A stretch of DNA of 64,000 nt, from positions 64,001-128,000 of IMG/VR virus record IMGVR_UViG_3300028840_003271. One strand, written 5' to 3'. Below the pieces are notes generated by a model that saw nothing but the letters and a program-made list of their open reading frames with translations, had not been told where the DNA came from and did no database searches. The translations under genes were made by a program, and so were the position numbers. Positions 53,644 through 64,000 of this stretch are shown here, piece by piece; within the stretch, counting starts at the first letter, position 1; each line of letters opens with the position of its first letter. The stretch is from a virus.

Positions 53644-56600
53644 ATGGCTGAAGCATTTCAATTAACGGCACAGGTGGTTCTTAAAGGACCAGATGTAAAT
53701 AAATTAAAGGGAGATTTGGAAAGAAAACTTAAAGGTAAGTTGGTATATCCTATTCGATTTAAATTGCCCGCCGCTGCTGATTTGAGAAAAGCTATAAAAA
53801 AGAAGTTGGGTTCTCTTCAGTATAATGTTCGACTAACCTTTCCTAAAAATGTAAAAACAGATGTTGATGCTGTTACCGGCAGTTTTGAAAAATTAACAAA
53901 GCAAATTAGTAATACTGCTTTGACTAAAGACAAGTTTATAAATAACTTAAAGACTCTTCAGAAGAATCTTAATTTAACTGTTCGTCAACAACAAAAAGCT
54001 ACGACATCTACGCAGAAAAACGCAAAATCTATGAAGGAGGGTGAAAAGGCCGCTCAAAGTTTTGCTCATGGCATTTTTCTTGCAGGTTCTCGTTATGCGA
54101 AATTCGTAATTGCTACTGGTGGTGCTGTTATTGCATTACGAGAATTAAAGGAGGGGTTGTCTCAAGCAGTAGAATTTGAAAGATCATTATTAAGAGTTGC
54201 TCAAGTTGGTGGGGTTTCACTAAAAACTATTCGTGGATTAGGAAGTGAAATTCGTGACGTTGCTATTCAATATGGTGTGGCTGGTCAAGAATTAGCTGAA
54301 ATTGGTTTGATTTTAAAACAATCTGGTTTTTCAATGGAAAAGGTTGGTCAGCTTCTTCCTGTTTTTGCTAAGGCTAAATTGTCTCCAACTATTTCAAATC
54401 TACAAGACGTAGCTAATGCTGTTATTTTGTTACAAAGATTTGGTCAGACAGATGTGGGTGAATTAGAGCGAAGTTTGTCTGCAATTAACACTATTGCTGG
54501 ACAGTTTCCGGTTGAAGCTCAAGACCTGATTACTGGACTATCTCGTGCTGGTGGTGCATTTTTAAACACGAGTGATAGGGTGAGAGAACTTTTATCTCTA
54601 CTTGGAACTCTTCGGGCCACTACTCGTGAAAGTGCTCAGGCTTTGGGTGTTTCTTTACGTACTGTTATTACTCGACTACAAAGATTAAGGTCTATTCAAA
54701 CCGCTCGTAAGTTAGGTGTGGAATTTGTTGAAGGTGGGCAATTTGTTGGTGTTTTTGAAGCGTTTAAACGGTTGTCAGAAGCTCAGAAGCGTTTTCAAGG
54801 TCGTGGACAGAATCTTTTCTTTACTCAACAATTAGAGCAAATTGTAGGTTTAAGACAAGTTTCTCGAATGTCATCGCTTATTCAAAATATGGCGATGGCT
54901 CAAGAAATGTTAATTGCTTCACAAAAAGAAGGTAATACTCTTGCTAAAGATGCTGCGACTGCTCAAGAGGCTTTAGCTGTTCAATTAACAAAGGTTCGTG
55001 AACGGTTGTCGAAGGTTTTTGATGAATTTTTGGCTAGTGATAGGGTGAGAGAATTCACACGAAGTATTATTGATGGTGGTAATGCTTTAATTAGTTTTGT
55101 TTCTAAGTTAGATAATGTTGCTGGTAGTTTAGCTGATGTTGCTCCACTATTGGCTGTTTTGTTTGCTAGTAATAGATTAGGTGGATTTATTCAGGCTGGT
55201 AAATTGCCTGGTGGTAAGTTACCAAGTGCTTCTGCAAATTGGGCTGGAGTTGGTGGTAAAACTGGATTTTTTAAAAATACAGTTAAAACTTTTGGTCCTC
55301 GTGTAGACACTCCTCGTAATTTGAGACTTTCACAGCCTTTGATGGGTCATATGGGTATGAGTTTTGTAAATCAACCTCGTATTTTACAACGTCGTTTTAC
55401 ACCTTGGCGTGGTATAAAAGGTTTAGCTGGTAGAATGGGAGAAGGTTTAGGTCAAGCAGGACAGGCTTTAGGTCGGTTAGGTCCAGGAGCAATGGTTGGT
55501 GGTGCTGTTGGTGCTCAAGTAATTGCTCAACAATTTGAAAAATTAGAACATCCGATTGCTCATGGTATTTTAACTGGAGTTACGAATGGATTGTTGGTAG
55601 GCATGGTGAATCCATTAGCTGGAGCTGCCGTTGGTGTAACTTCAGCTTTTAATGAGTTAATTGATACTCTTGCTGATAAAGACATTGCTAAATTATTTGC
55701 TGGTATGGAGCAAGAGTTAATTAACTTTAAATTTGGATTACGTGAAGCTGGTGGTAGCAAGGAAGAAATTAGAAATCTTGTTTTAGGTCGTATTAGAAGT
55801 ATTCGAACTCGTTTGGGTCGTGCTGAAAGTTTTGAACCAAGTACAGCATCTTTTGTAAAAGCCTATCGTCAGAGTGGTGGGTGGGCAAGAAAATGGTTAA
55901 CTCCAATACAAATGATTAATGAATTTGCAAGAGGTGAAGGCGGAGGTATTAGTAGAGATATTAGACAACAAATTAGATTGCAGGCAAGGGAGAAGATAGT
56001 GGGACAAACATTATCTACTCCAGAGGGTCGTCAATTATTAACGGAAACCCGTGACACTTTTGCTACTTTGTTTAAGAGTTTTAAAGAATTTGAAGCTGAT
56101 GAACTTGGTAGTCAATTAATTTCATTAGCTGTAGAAGCTGGTATTAATGAACAAGCGTTTATTAAAAATACTAAAGAAATTATTGCTAATGCACAAACAG
56201 TACGAGATAATACTAAAATACTACAAACTTCACAACAGTTTTTATCTGCTGGAACTTTTGCTTTACGTAGTCGTTTAAATAGACAACCTAGATTAAGAGA
56301 TATTACTAATCCACAAGGTTCTACAGCAGCGTTGTTTGGTAATGTTGGTAATACTTCTCAAATACGTGAGGGTTTAAATAGATTAGGAGTTAATAGAGGA
56401 CAGAGAAGCTGGGGTATAGGTATTTCTAGTGTAATACAAGGTTTGACAGCCAGAGGAACTGTTGGAGACGATGTAACAAATGCAAATATTCAAAAAGATA
56501 TATCTAATCGACTTATAAATAGTTTATATCTTGAAGGAATCGATAAAGAAGTTCGTGAATCTTTAAATTCTTTAGTAACGGAAGCATTTGAGGGTGCGTC

Positions 56601-57750
56601 TTCAATGGAAAATGTTATAAAGAAATTTGAAACTTTAACTTCTGGTAGAATTGAGGCTTTAAGAAAAACAGCACAACGAGAGGATGAAGAACGACAAAAT
56701 ATTATTCGTAATTTACGTAGTTATTATTCACAAGCACAAACAACAAGAGGAGCTATTTCTGCTGCTCGTGGAGCTGAATTTGCTTTAGAAGAAACACGAA
56801 GTAGATTTGCTAATCGGTTTGCATTGCCTAAAATGGGATTTAGAGGTGTAGATGTTGGTAATATAGACGATATTATTATGCAATTACGACGAGTGACTGC
56901 TGAATATGTGAGAACACAAGATCAAGAACTTCTTCCAGTAGTGGATGATTTGAAAAATAGGTTAAGACTTTTAGCAGATACATCTACACGATTAAAAAAT
57001 GCTCAAGAAATATTATCTAAACTTGAAGAGAGGAGACAGGCTCGATTGTCGTTACGAGGAAGCTATTTTGGTGCTGATATTCAACAACGACAGCAAATGT
57101 TAAGAAATGCTATGATGGCAAGGTTGGCTGTGAAAGTTGGCGATTTAAGAAAATTGAGTCCGTGGCAACAACAAGGAGCAATGAGAGGATTTCAATCTTT
57201 GGGTAATATACAAAATCTATTTGGAACAGGTAAATCACGAGATCAATTATTAGATGAACTTTTGTCTAAATCTGGTGGAAGATTACCAGAGGATATGCAA
57301 ATTAAAAGAGCACAAGAAAAAGTGTTGGCGGCTATGACTGAGGCTGCTAAAGCACAACGAGAATTGGCCGAACAAGAAAAACAAATGCAAGCACTCTTTT
57401 TTAATAATTTAGCACAACAACATGGAAGTTTTTTACAACGGCTTGAAGCAATTTTGAAAGGTTTTGGAGGAGGAAAAGTAGCAGGTAATGGACCGTTTGT
57501 ACCTGAAAATGTTCAGCATAAATTTAATGGTCAGGTAGCCGTAAACATAAATGGTCATCAAGTAATGGGTGAATTACAGGATGCTATTGGAGATATTGTG
57601 AATAAGGCTGTAGCTCAAGCGGTAAAAGATACGGTTAATCCCGTTACTGGAGAAACGAAAGAGCAAAATCCAGTAGGTAATTGGCGTGGTCATAGATCTA
57701 GACCGTGGTGGGAATTACAACCACACACAACGTGGAAACCAAACGTGTAG
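53644..57750 (+). CDS. tape measure protein (TP901-family core)
   Basis: 1368 aa, Ala/Gly/Leu-rich; AVEFERSL...TRESAQALGVSLRTVITRL core. Confidence 0.92.
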   Translation: MAEAFQLTAQVVLKGPDVNKLKGDLERKLKGKLVYPIRFKLPAAADLRKAIKKKLGSLQYNVRLTFPKNVKTDVDAVTGSFEKLTKQISNTALTKDKFINNLKTLQKNLNLTVRQQQKATTSTQKNAKSMKEGEKAAQSFAHGIFLAGSRYAKFVIATGGAVIALRELKEGLSQAVEFERSLLRVAQVGGVSLKTIRGLGSEIRDVAIQYGVAGQELAEIGLILKQSGFSMEKVGQLLPVFAKAKLSPTISNLQDVANAVILLQRFGQTDVGELERSLSAINTIAGQFPVEAQDLITGLSRAGGAFLNTSDRVRELLSLLGTLRATTRESAQALGVSLRTVITRLQRLRSIQTARKLGVEFVEGGQFVGVFEAFKRLSEAQKRFQGRGQNLFFTQQLEQIVGLRQVSRMSSLIQNMAMAQEMLIASQKEGNTLAKDAATAQEALAVQLTKVRERLSKVFDEFLASDRVREFTRSIIDGGNALISFVSKLDNVAGSLADVAPLLAVLFASNRLGGFIQAGKLPGGKLPSASANWAGVGGKTGFFKNTVKTFGPRVDTPRNLRLSQPLMGHMGMSFVNQPRILQRRFTPWRGIKGLAGRMGEGLGQAGQALGRLGPGAMVGGAVGAQVIAQQFEKLEHPIAHGILTGVTNGLLVGMVNPLAGAAVGVTSAFNELIDTLADKDIAKLFAGMEQELINFKFGLREAGGSKEEIRNLVLGRIRSIRTRLGRAESFEPSTASFVKAYRQSGGWARKWLTPIQMINEFARGEGGGISRDIRQQIRLQAREKIVGQTLSTPEGRQLLTETRDTFATLFKSFKEFEADELGSQLISLAVEAGINEQAFIKNTKEIIANAQTVRDNTKILQTSQQFLSAGTFALRSRLNRQPRLRDITNPQGSTAALFGNVGNTSQIREGLNRLGVNRGQRSWGIGISSVIQGLTARGTVGDDVTNANIQKDISNRLINSLYLEGIDKEVRESLNSLVTEAFEGASSMENVIKKFETLTSGRIEALRKTAQREDEERQNIIRNLRSYYSQAQTTRGAISAARGAEFALEETRSRFANRFALPKMGFRGVDVGNIDDIIMQLRRVTAEYVRTQDQELLPVVDDLKNRLRLLADTSTRLKNAQEILSKLEERRQARLSLRGSYFGADIQQRQQMLRNAMMARLAVKVGDLRKLSPWQQQGAMRGFQSLGNIQNLFGTGKSRDQLLDELLSKSGGRLPEDMQIKRAQEKVLAAMTEAAKAQRELAEQEKQMQALFFNNLAQQHGSFLQRLEAILKGFGGGKVAGNGPFVPENVQHKFNGQVAVNINGHQVMGELQDAIGDIVNKAVAQAVKDTVNPVTGETKEQNPVGNWRGHRSRPWWELQPHTTWKPNV

Positions 57751-57759
57751 GATAATTTA

Positions 57760-59280
57760 ATGTCTACTACAATGACGTATGGAACTTATAGTTTTTCACC
57801 AGTTCCTATGGTGAATATTGCTAAAGTATATCATAAAACAGAAGATGGAACTCAAATTGGAACGACATTTAATATGGATTTGAATGGAGTGTTGACTCCA
57901 TTACCTACTGGTACGGCTGGTATTACTGAAACCATGCATTATATGGATGTTTTAAGACATGCTTTTGCTACTGATGGATGCCCGTTTGTAATTTCTTGTA
58001 ATGACGATGTTTTGTGGAGTGGAAATCCAAGAGTAAATGATATTAGTTTTGAAGAGAATGGAAATAATTGGGTGAACACAATTGATTATACGGTTTCTTT
58101 AAGCTTTGATACTGAAGACAGTGAAGAAGACGACAGTTTAGCACCTCCACATATTGAAAACGCAAGTGAGACGTGGAGTGTAGAGTTTGCCGATGGAATT
58201 AATCGGTTTTCTATTGATTTACCTACTGCTGGTGTAGATGCTAGTCCATATGTTTTAAATATGTCCCATACCATTAGTGCTAAAGGTAAAAAACACTTTA
58301 TTAGTTGTAATACTACAGATAAAGAACCGTGGGAATATGCTCGACAATATGTAATAACAAAATTAAGTACTGGAGCTGATTCAGCTTTTAATACACAATT
58401 GGAGGGATCGGGCGTTATCAATCTTCGCTATGATCTTTATTCCTCCTATAATCATATGAGAGTTCAAAATACAGATAAATTGGGTGGGTCTTATTCTGTA
58501 ACAGAAAATTGGTTAGTAATGAATACTGGTTTAGGTATTCCTGGAAACAGTTTAGAAGATTTTACAATAAATGTAGATAAAAGACATGATTCAGCTTTTA
58601 CTACTGTTACGGTTGATGGTACAATTCGTGGAGTGGAAACAAGGTCATATGGTTCAGATCCACGAGATTTTACAACTACTGAAACAAAATATGATGCAGC
58701 TTCGGGATATTGGAATACGGTTAAGGATCGTATTTTTTATCGAGCACAACTTATTCATCGAGATCAAAATGCTGGTGAGATTAATGTTTTATCTTTAAAT
58801 ACAGATACGGTGTCGGAAAGAGTAGGTCATAGTCCATCTCAGGGTGTAATTACATATAGTTATACTTATAATAATCGACCGTCGAATTGTATTACTGGTG
58901 CTTTAACTGAAAATATTAGTATTGTAGACAACAATCCCGCTGATGTTTTTGCTTCGGTTATGGTATTGGGTCGTGCTAATGGACCTGTGCTTCAGAATCT
59001 TAATACTCAAACTGTTGCTTCAAGAGAAATTTCTATAGAATTGTTATGTCGTCCTTCTACAGCTTGTACGGCAGTGGATTTACGAGTACCTAGTCATTTT
59101 GTACAAGACGATGTTCGGCATTTATTGTGTGAATTTCAAAATGATCTAACAGATAATTACGATCAAGTATTTAAAACAGCAGATTCGGAATCGTGGAATC
59201 CAAAAACTGGTCAATATTCACGTCGAGTGGGCTATACATATCAAAGTTGTACTGCTATGAGTGGAACTACAGTCTGCTAG
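57760..59280 (+). CDS. minor tail / distal tail protein
   Basis: Follows TMP; beta-rich, acidic. Confidence 0.65.
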   Translation: MSTTMTYGTYSFSPVPMVNIAKVYHKTEDGTQIGTTFNMDLNGVLTPLPTGTAGITETMHYMDVLRHAFATDGCPFVISCNDDVLWSGNPRVNDISFEENGNNWVNTIDYTVSLSFDTEDSEEDDSLAPPHIENASETWSVEFADGINRFSIDLPTAGVDASPYVLNMSHTISAKGKKHFISCNTTDKEPWEYARQYVITKLSTGADSAFNTQLEGSGVINLRYDLYSSYNHMRVQNTDKLGGSYSVTENWLVMNTGLGIPGNSLEDFTINVDKRHDSAFTTVTVDGTIRGVETRSYGSDPRDFTTTETKYDAASGYWNTVKDRIFYRAQLIHRDQNAGEINVLSLNTDTVSERVGHSPSQGVITYSYTYNNRPSNCITGALTENISIVDNNPADVFASVMVLGRANGPVLQNLNTQTVASREISIELLCRPSTACTAVDLRVPSHFVQDDVRHLLCEFQNDLTDNYDQVFKTADSESWNPKTGQYSRRVGYTYQSCTAMSGTTVC

Positions 59281-59302
59281 GAAAATTAATGAGGAAAAAA
59301 AT

Positions 59303-62300
59303 ATGGGTAATCAAGTAAGTCGAGGAAGTTTCTGGGACGCTCAAAGTTTTGCAAATTGGGCAGGACTTACCAGTAATGAATGGAATTTACTCAAAGCAGA
59401 TAACTGTCTTCCCACATCTGTTTTCGGTCCTTTTCCTCAATCTTTATTTTTAGGATGTAGTGTTTCTAATTTTTCATGTTCTGTTGGTTGGAATGAGCAA
59501 GTTAGTGAATTAACAGTTAATCTTGTTCAAGATCCTTGTGAAGGTACAAAAGTATATTGGGATGATAAGCTTTTTATTCGTGTGTTAACCGGAGCTGATC
59601 CTGGTTTTATTGGTGAGTCTATTGATATTATTGGGTCACCTGCTTATTTTCGCGTAGGTAATTTTGAATATACTGGAATAATTCAGTCTTGGGAAAAGAT
59701 TTCAAGTTCAAGTATTTATCCTGGATACACTGTTAAATTGGTTGATCCACGAGATATTTTAAGAGGAACGCAAATTATTATTGGTGAATATGCTGGTGGA
59801 ATTGGATGTACTGGATTTGCTACCGGTATGGGTCCGTATAACTTATTTAATGTTTACGGTTATCTTGAGTCTTTAGGTTCATCGTGTCCTCAACGCTCTT
59901 TGACTACTCTTACTGCTGGTAATCCTTATCCTAATAATACAGATTATGTAACGAGCAATAGTGGTCCAGACGGGTCGATGTTTGGAGCACCAGCTAATGG
60001 ATTTGGTGGTGCTGGAGTAAATAATAATGGAATGAGTTGGAATAATATTTTAAGTGGGGTTAATTCTCTTGTAAATAAAGTTCCGTGCGTGTCTAATGTT
60101 TTTTCTCCTCATGGAAGGGTTTTGTTTCGTGCAACAAATAGTTCTTTTGGATATGGACTTCTTCCTGGAGATCGTTTAGATGTATTGGGTCCATTTACGA
60201 GTTTGGCAAGTTCGAGATGGTTGGCTGAGTATTTTATAGATTTATCTGAAATTCCCATTACTCCTACATATTGGAGATTAAGTGGAAGCAATACTTCATT
60301 ACTTGATGTTATTACTCAAGTTTGTGAAGATGCTGGATATGATTATTATATTGAATTAATTCCGGTAAGGGGGGTGTCGTCTTTAGTTGCTCCAAGTGGA
60401 ACTGCAAAATTTATTAAAATTAGAACCGTTAAAAGACTATTACAACCCGTATTAGGACAATTAGCCAATTTTATTGATAGTTCTGAAGGTGTGGTGAGTA
60501 AAAGAGTAGGTACTGAGCTTCGTAACGAGCCGACTACTTCATTTTTGATTGGAGGTAAAAAGAACACATATTATCAAATTGAAGAAGAAGATGTTAGTGG
60601 TGATGATGCTGAAGGAAATAATTTTAGTGACAATACTATTATTCCGTATTTTGGAGTGGATAGTAATGAAGATGTAATTATACCTACTAAAGTTGAGGGT
60701 GGAGATGGAACTTTATGGTGGCATTTTGATGCTGATGCAACTTTTCTTGATGAGACCTTACAGAGTATTGATATTTCAGCAACGTTAGGTAGTTTAACCG
60801 TGAATATTGGAGAGAGGGAGCTTCAAGCTGCTTTGGGTGGATTTGATTCGTGGGTAATGTATGTTGATACGATGGAAACTGATACTGGACAAGTGTTGAA
60901 TGATAATGATATTGGAGCAATGTGGGATTGGGATAAATTTGAGGCTTTTGTTAATGGAGAAGATGCAGATAAATTATTTGCTCCTGATATGATTAATCAA
61001 GCATTTGCTGCAAATCCATTTTGTGGTTTGGCAAATGATGATGAAGGTACGAAACTTATGGAAGATGCCCAAGCTATTTTTGATTGGGTATATCAATTTG
61101 CAACTGAATTTTATGGAAAACAGTATCAGGTAAGAGTGCCATATGTTTGTGCAAGAGTGGATAGTGAAAGTGGACAAATTCTTACGAGCGAATCTCCTAC
61201 GTCTACAGGATGGACCGACCAAACTTATATTTTAGGAATGGTTAATGGTTCGACTATTCATAGTTATTTTCAAGATGAAGACGGTCGAACTTTGGCAATG
61301 GTTCGTATGGATGATTTAGATATACTTAATGTGTCCCAACTTGATCCAGATGATTTTGCTGTTTTGGGTGATAGTTATTTTATCAAATGTGATGTTGCAG
61401 ACGAATATGTTTATACCGATAAATCTACACGAACAAGTCCACGAGGAGTAATTTCATTACCCGCACCAGTATTTGAGATTTTGAGTTCTGCACAGCCCGC
61501 TCAAAGTAATTCTCTTATGGAAAGACTGGTAATCGAAAAAATTGATGCTGGAAAACAGGCCGATGCTAATGCTGCTTTAGCTGAAATGCAAAAAAATATT
61601 GGTAATAAAGAAATTTTTGCTCCTATGGCTTTTCCATTTCATATGCCTGATGCTGCTGGATTTGGAGTACAAAGTGACGTTTTAACGTATGGACCTTGGG
61701 TAACAATGGGGCCTGCTGGAACAGTAAGAGTAGACCATGATCCAGGGCTTGTGCCTTGGGAATATGGTGGTGTAACGACAATGAATTTGGCTGGAATGTC
61801 TAAAGCAAATGCTGGTATTACTTATCAACAAGTAAGTGAAAAAGGTAATATTGTGATGCCGGGACATCCAATACTTCCATTGGGTGCTGAAATTGGAGCT
61901 ATTGGAGGTAATTTTTATGGTACGGCCGGTGTTCATTTAGTTGAAAATCGAACAACAGGATCAGCAGGTAATATAACTGTTGGTATTGGAGGATGGGTTG
62001 GAACATACGGACCAAATGTAACAAGTATTGATGTAAGCGTTGGTAGTGATGGTATTGAAACTACTTATGATTTTCGTACACACACTCCTAAATTTGGAAA
62101 CTTTGCTAAATATAATGCTAATCGATTAAGAGAAATTGGAAAACATCGATTAAGATTCAATCGTGATTTAAGAGCTTTGCAATTTAGATTACGAAGTCGA
62201 AAAGTTTTACACGATTTAAGAAAGAATCCTAAACAATTTCAATTTATTGGTAGTGGTCCAAATGTAAGTAAAGTTGTAGATCATAAAACGTGTCCACACC

Positions 62301-63931
62301 ATTTATTAGTTGGATCTTTAACAGATTGGCAGGGTGATTCTAAACGAACTCAAATTGCTACATTAGAAGTTAAAGAAATTACAACTCAATATGAGAATTT
62401 TGGTACAACAGCTTTTGCAGGATGGGAAACATTAATTCGTCCAGTGTCAATGGATGGAGACGGTAATCTTCCACAATATGCTACTGCTTTATCTGGTATT
62501 TGTAATAATTATACTCCACAGGGTGCCCACCCTGTTATTTATAAAGATAAAAATTTAACACAGTCTGCTTATGAAATTAGTGTGCATAATAATTATTTAA
62601 ATCCATTTTCAAATCCTGCTGGTAAAGAAAGAGATGATGTTAGTGAGAAAGCACCTAGTTCGAGTGATTATGTTGGACACGATATGGATTGGTTGGGAGC
62701 CGAAAGCGAACCACCACAAGGAACTGATGGTGATGGAATTAATATGCGAATTGCTGGATATAACGATTCCGATTTAGCCAATTATTCTGATGACTATCGA
62801 ATGTTTGCTTTACGAGGACCTCTTTTATTACAGAGTTGGGGTTATGATTTGGATGGTAAACCCGTGCCTAATGAAGTAGATACTGATAGTGCAGCAGAAA
62901 ATGGTACTTTTGAGTCTACTTCACTTACGAAAAAATTTCTATCAAAATGGTTACATAAACCTCATACGTGGCCAGTTGCTCCAGTAGATTTGAGATTTGA
63001 TCGTGAGCGAGGAGTGTGGGTATCTCCACCACCATATCGATTATTATATGTGAGTTTGTTGGAGGATTTGTGTGCTGCTTCATCTGCAAAAGCTCAAGTT
63101 TCTACATCTTTGACAGAAGTGCAGTCATATGATGACGAAGGTAATAATATCGACGATGGATTTATTCGAGTATATGATCACACTCTTAATAATTGGGCTT
63201 CAGGAACATTTTTAACAGTATATTATGATCCATATAAATGTGAATATGTTCCACTTGAAGGACCAGGATTAGGTGTTTATAATATTAGTTGTCGTGGTAA
63301 TGAACATTCACCAAGTCCAATTAAATATGCAACACAAATTGTTTTTGGTACTGGTATTTATGCACGAGCAGCAAAAGAAAATTGTGCTCGTGTTTTAGTA
63401 GATAGTAATCAATGGATTGGAAGTGGAAACGATGGACCGGCAGATGCTAAACCTTGGGAAACACTTATTTTTCGTAAAAATCTTAAAGTAGAAGGTAACG
63501 AAAGTACTTGTACTTATTATGTTGATGCGTCTGGTGGTGATGGTAGTGGTGTAAATTTATTAAATATGACAGGATGCCCAAACATTGACACACCGGTTGA
63601 TGGTGATAGTTATAATACAATATGGATTGGTGGCGGATTACATGGAACACATATTAGTGACGATATTGCTCAAATTGATTTAAGTTTTAGTTTTGGTGGA
63701 GTTGATAATATTACTAATGTTGCTGTAGATCATCCATTTGAAGCGGTACCAACCGGAAATTGTGGAGCATTATTGAAATTTGATGACGATTTTCTACCTA
63801 CTGGTACTGGATGTCCAGATAAAATTTGGTATGTAACTGATGTTTATTGTAGTGGTTCGGCTTTAGTGGTTGAAAAATCGTGGTTAGAATTTAATAAATA
63901 TGGAATGTTACAAGATTGTGGTGACGATTAA
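59303..63931 (+). CDS. large tail tip / baseplate hub protein
   Basis: FLG.SV..FS.SVGW...SELTV.LV.D and SLLDVI.QVC..AG.D hub-like motifs; about 1540 aa. Confidence 0.7.
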   Translation: MGNQVSRGSFWDAQSFANWAGLTSNEWNLLKADNCLPTSVFGPFPQSLFLGCSVSNFSCSVGWNEQVSELTVNLVQDPCEGTKVYWDDKLFIRVLTGADPGFIGESIDIIGSPAYFRVGNFEYTGIIQSWEKISSSSIYPGYTVKLVDPRDILRGTQIIIGEYAGGIGCTGFATGMGPYNLFNVYGYLESLGSSCPQRSLTTLTAGNPYPNNTDYVTSNSGPDGSMFGAPANGFGGAGVNNNGMSWNNILSGVNSLVNKVPCVSNVFSPHGRVLFRATNSSFGYGLLPGDRLDVLGPFTSLASSRWLAEYFIDLSEIPITPTYWRLSGSNTSLLDVITQVCEDAGYDYYIELIPVRGVSSLVAPSGTAKFIKIRTVKRLLQPVLGQLANFIDSSEGVVSKRVGTELRNEPTTSFLIGGKKNTYYQIEEEDVSGDDAEGNNFSDNTIIPYFGVDSNEDVIIPTKVEGGDGTLWWHFDADATFLDETLQSIDISATLGSLTVNIGERELQAALGGFDSWVMYVDTMETDTGQVLNDNDIGAMWDWDKFEAFVNGEDADKLFAPDMINQAFAANPFCGLANDDEGTKLMEDAQAIFDWVYQFATEFYGKQYQVRVPYVCARVDSESGQILTSESPTSTGWTDQTYILGMVNGSTIHSYFQDEDGRTLAMVRMDDLDILNVSQLDPDDFAVLGDSYFIKCDVADEYVYTDKSTRTSPRGVISLPAPVFEILSSAQPAQSNSLMERLVIEKIDAGKQADANAALAEMQKNIGNKEIFAPMAFPFHMPDAAGFGVQSDVLTYGPWVTMGPAGTVRVDHDPGLVPWEYGGVTTMNLAGMSKANAGITYQQVSEKGNIVMPGHPILPLGAEIGAIGGNFYGTAGVHLVENRTTGSAGNITVGIGGWVGTYGPNVTSIDVSVGSDGIETTYDFRTHTPKFGNFAKYNANRLREIGKHRLRFNRDLRALQFRLRSRKVLHDLRKNPKQFQFIGSGPNVSKVVDHKTCPHHLLVGSLTDWQGDSKRTQIATLEVKEITTQYENFGTTAFAGWETLIRPVSMDGDGNLPQYATALSGICNNYTPQGAHPVIYKDKNLTQSAYEISVHNNYLNPFSNPAGKERDDVSEKAPSSSDYVGHDMDWLGAESEPPQGTDGDGINMRIAGYNDSDLANYSDDYRMFALRGPLLLQSWGYDLDGKPVPNEVDTDSAAENGTFESTSLTKKFLSKWLHKPHTWPVAPVDLRFDRERGVWVSPPPYRLLYVSLLEDLCAASSAKAQVSTSLTEVQSYDDEGNNIDDGFIRVYDHTLNNWASGTFLTVYYDPYKCEYVPLEGPGLGVYNISCRGNEHSPSPIKYATQIVFGTGIYARAAKENCARVLVDSNQWIGSGNDGPADAKPWETLIFRKNLKVEGNESTCTYYVDASGGDGSGVNLLNMTGCPNIDTPVDGDSYNTIWIGGGLHGTHISDDIAQIDLSFSFGGVDNITNVAVDHPFEAVPTGNCGALLKFDDDFLPTGTGCPDKIWYVTDVYCSGSALVVEKSWLEFNKYGMLQDCGDD

Positions 63932-63979
63932 CATAAAAACATAAAAACACAAAAACACAAAAATACTAAAACACTAAAA
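63931..63979. repeat. 8-bp tandem repeat (ACAYAAAA-like) x6
   Basis: acataaaaacataaaaacacaaaaacacaaaaatactaaaacactaaaa. Confidence 0.8.
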
Positions 63980-64000
63980 CGGGATAATGTAGGATATGGT

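Noticed and set aside
1-64000. Stop-codon reassignment
   Set aside because: Core genes are full length in code 11, TAA/TAG/TGA all act as stops, and there is no suppressor tRNA.

Overview
A 64-kb segment of a large, AT-rich (about 30% GC by eye) tailed dsDNA phage, probably a siphovirus: there is a tail tube and a 1368-aa tape measure but no sheath gene in the window. The standard genetic code fits. Region 1-11.3 kb is a minus-strand array of small early/accessory genes with three tRNAs (Leu-UAA, Ile-UAU, Lys-UUU). Region ~11.5-15.2 kb is a sharply bounded GC-rich island. It holds strong sigma70 promoters, five sigma54-type GG-N10-GC motifs, a duplicated ~340-bp regulatory cassette with 44-bp repeats, and small genes (bL12-like, C2H2-like, HTH-like). 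Region 15.2-26.2 kb encodes a GIY-YIG+HNH double nuclease, two RpoN-box-like mini HTH proteins, a phage sigma factor, auxiliary genes (gmd, SAM decarboxylase, kdsA), HNH, ERCC4 and a DNA methyltransferase. Region 26.2-64 kb is the morphogenesis module: terminase, portal, protease with nested scaffold, decoration protein, MCP, an inverted block of fibre/LamG/neck genes, tail tube, chaperones, TMP and tail tip. A recurring GGTGTATAA motif marks probable late promoters. The best candidate for an undescribed system is the GC-rich island with back-to-back sigma70/sigma54 cassettes plus the neighbouring RpoN-box-like proteins. Also notable are internally deleted 'ghost' gene copies beside inserted genes and late fibre-like/enzyme proteins with Sec signal peptides. 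All protein calls come from motif recognition by eye; no searches were run.
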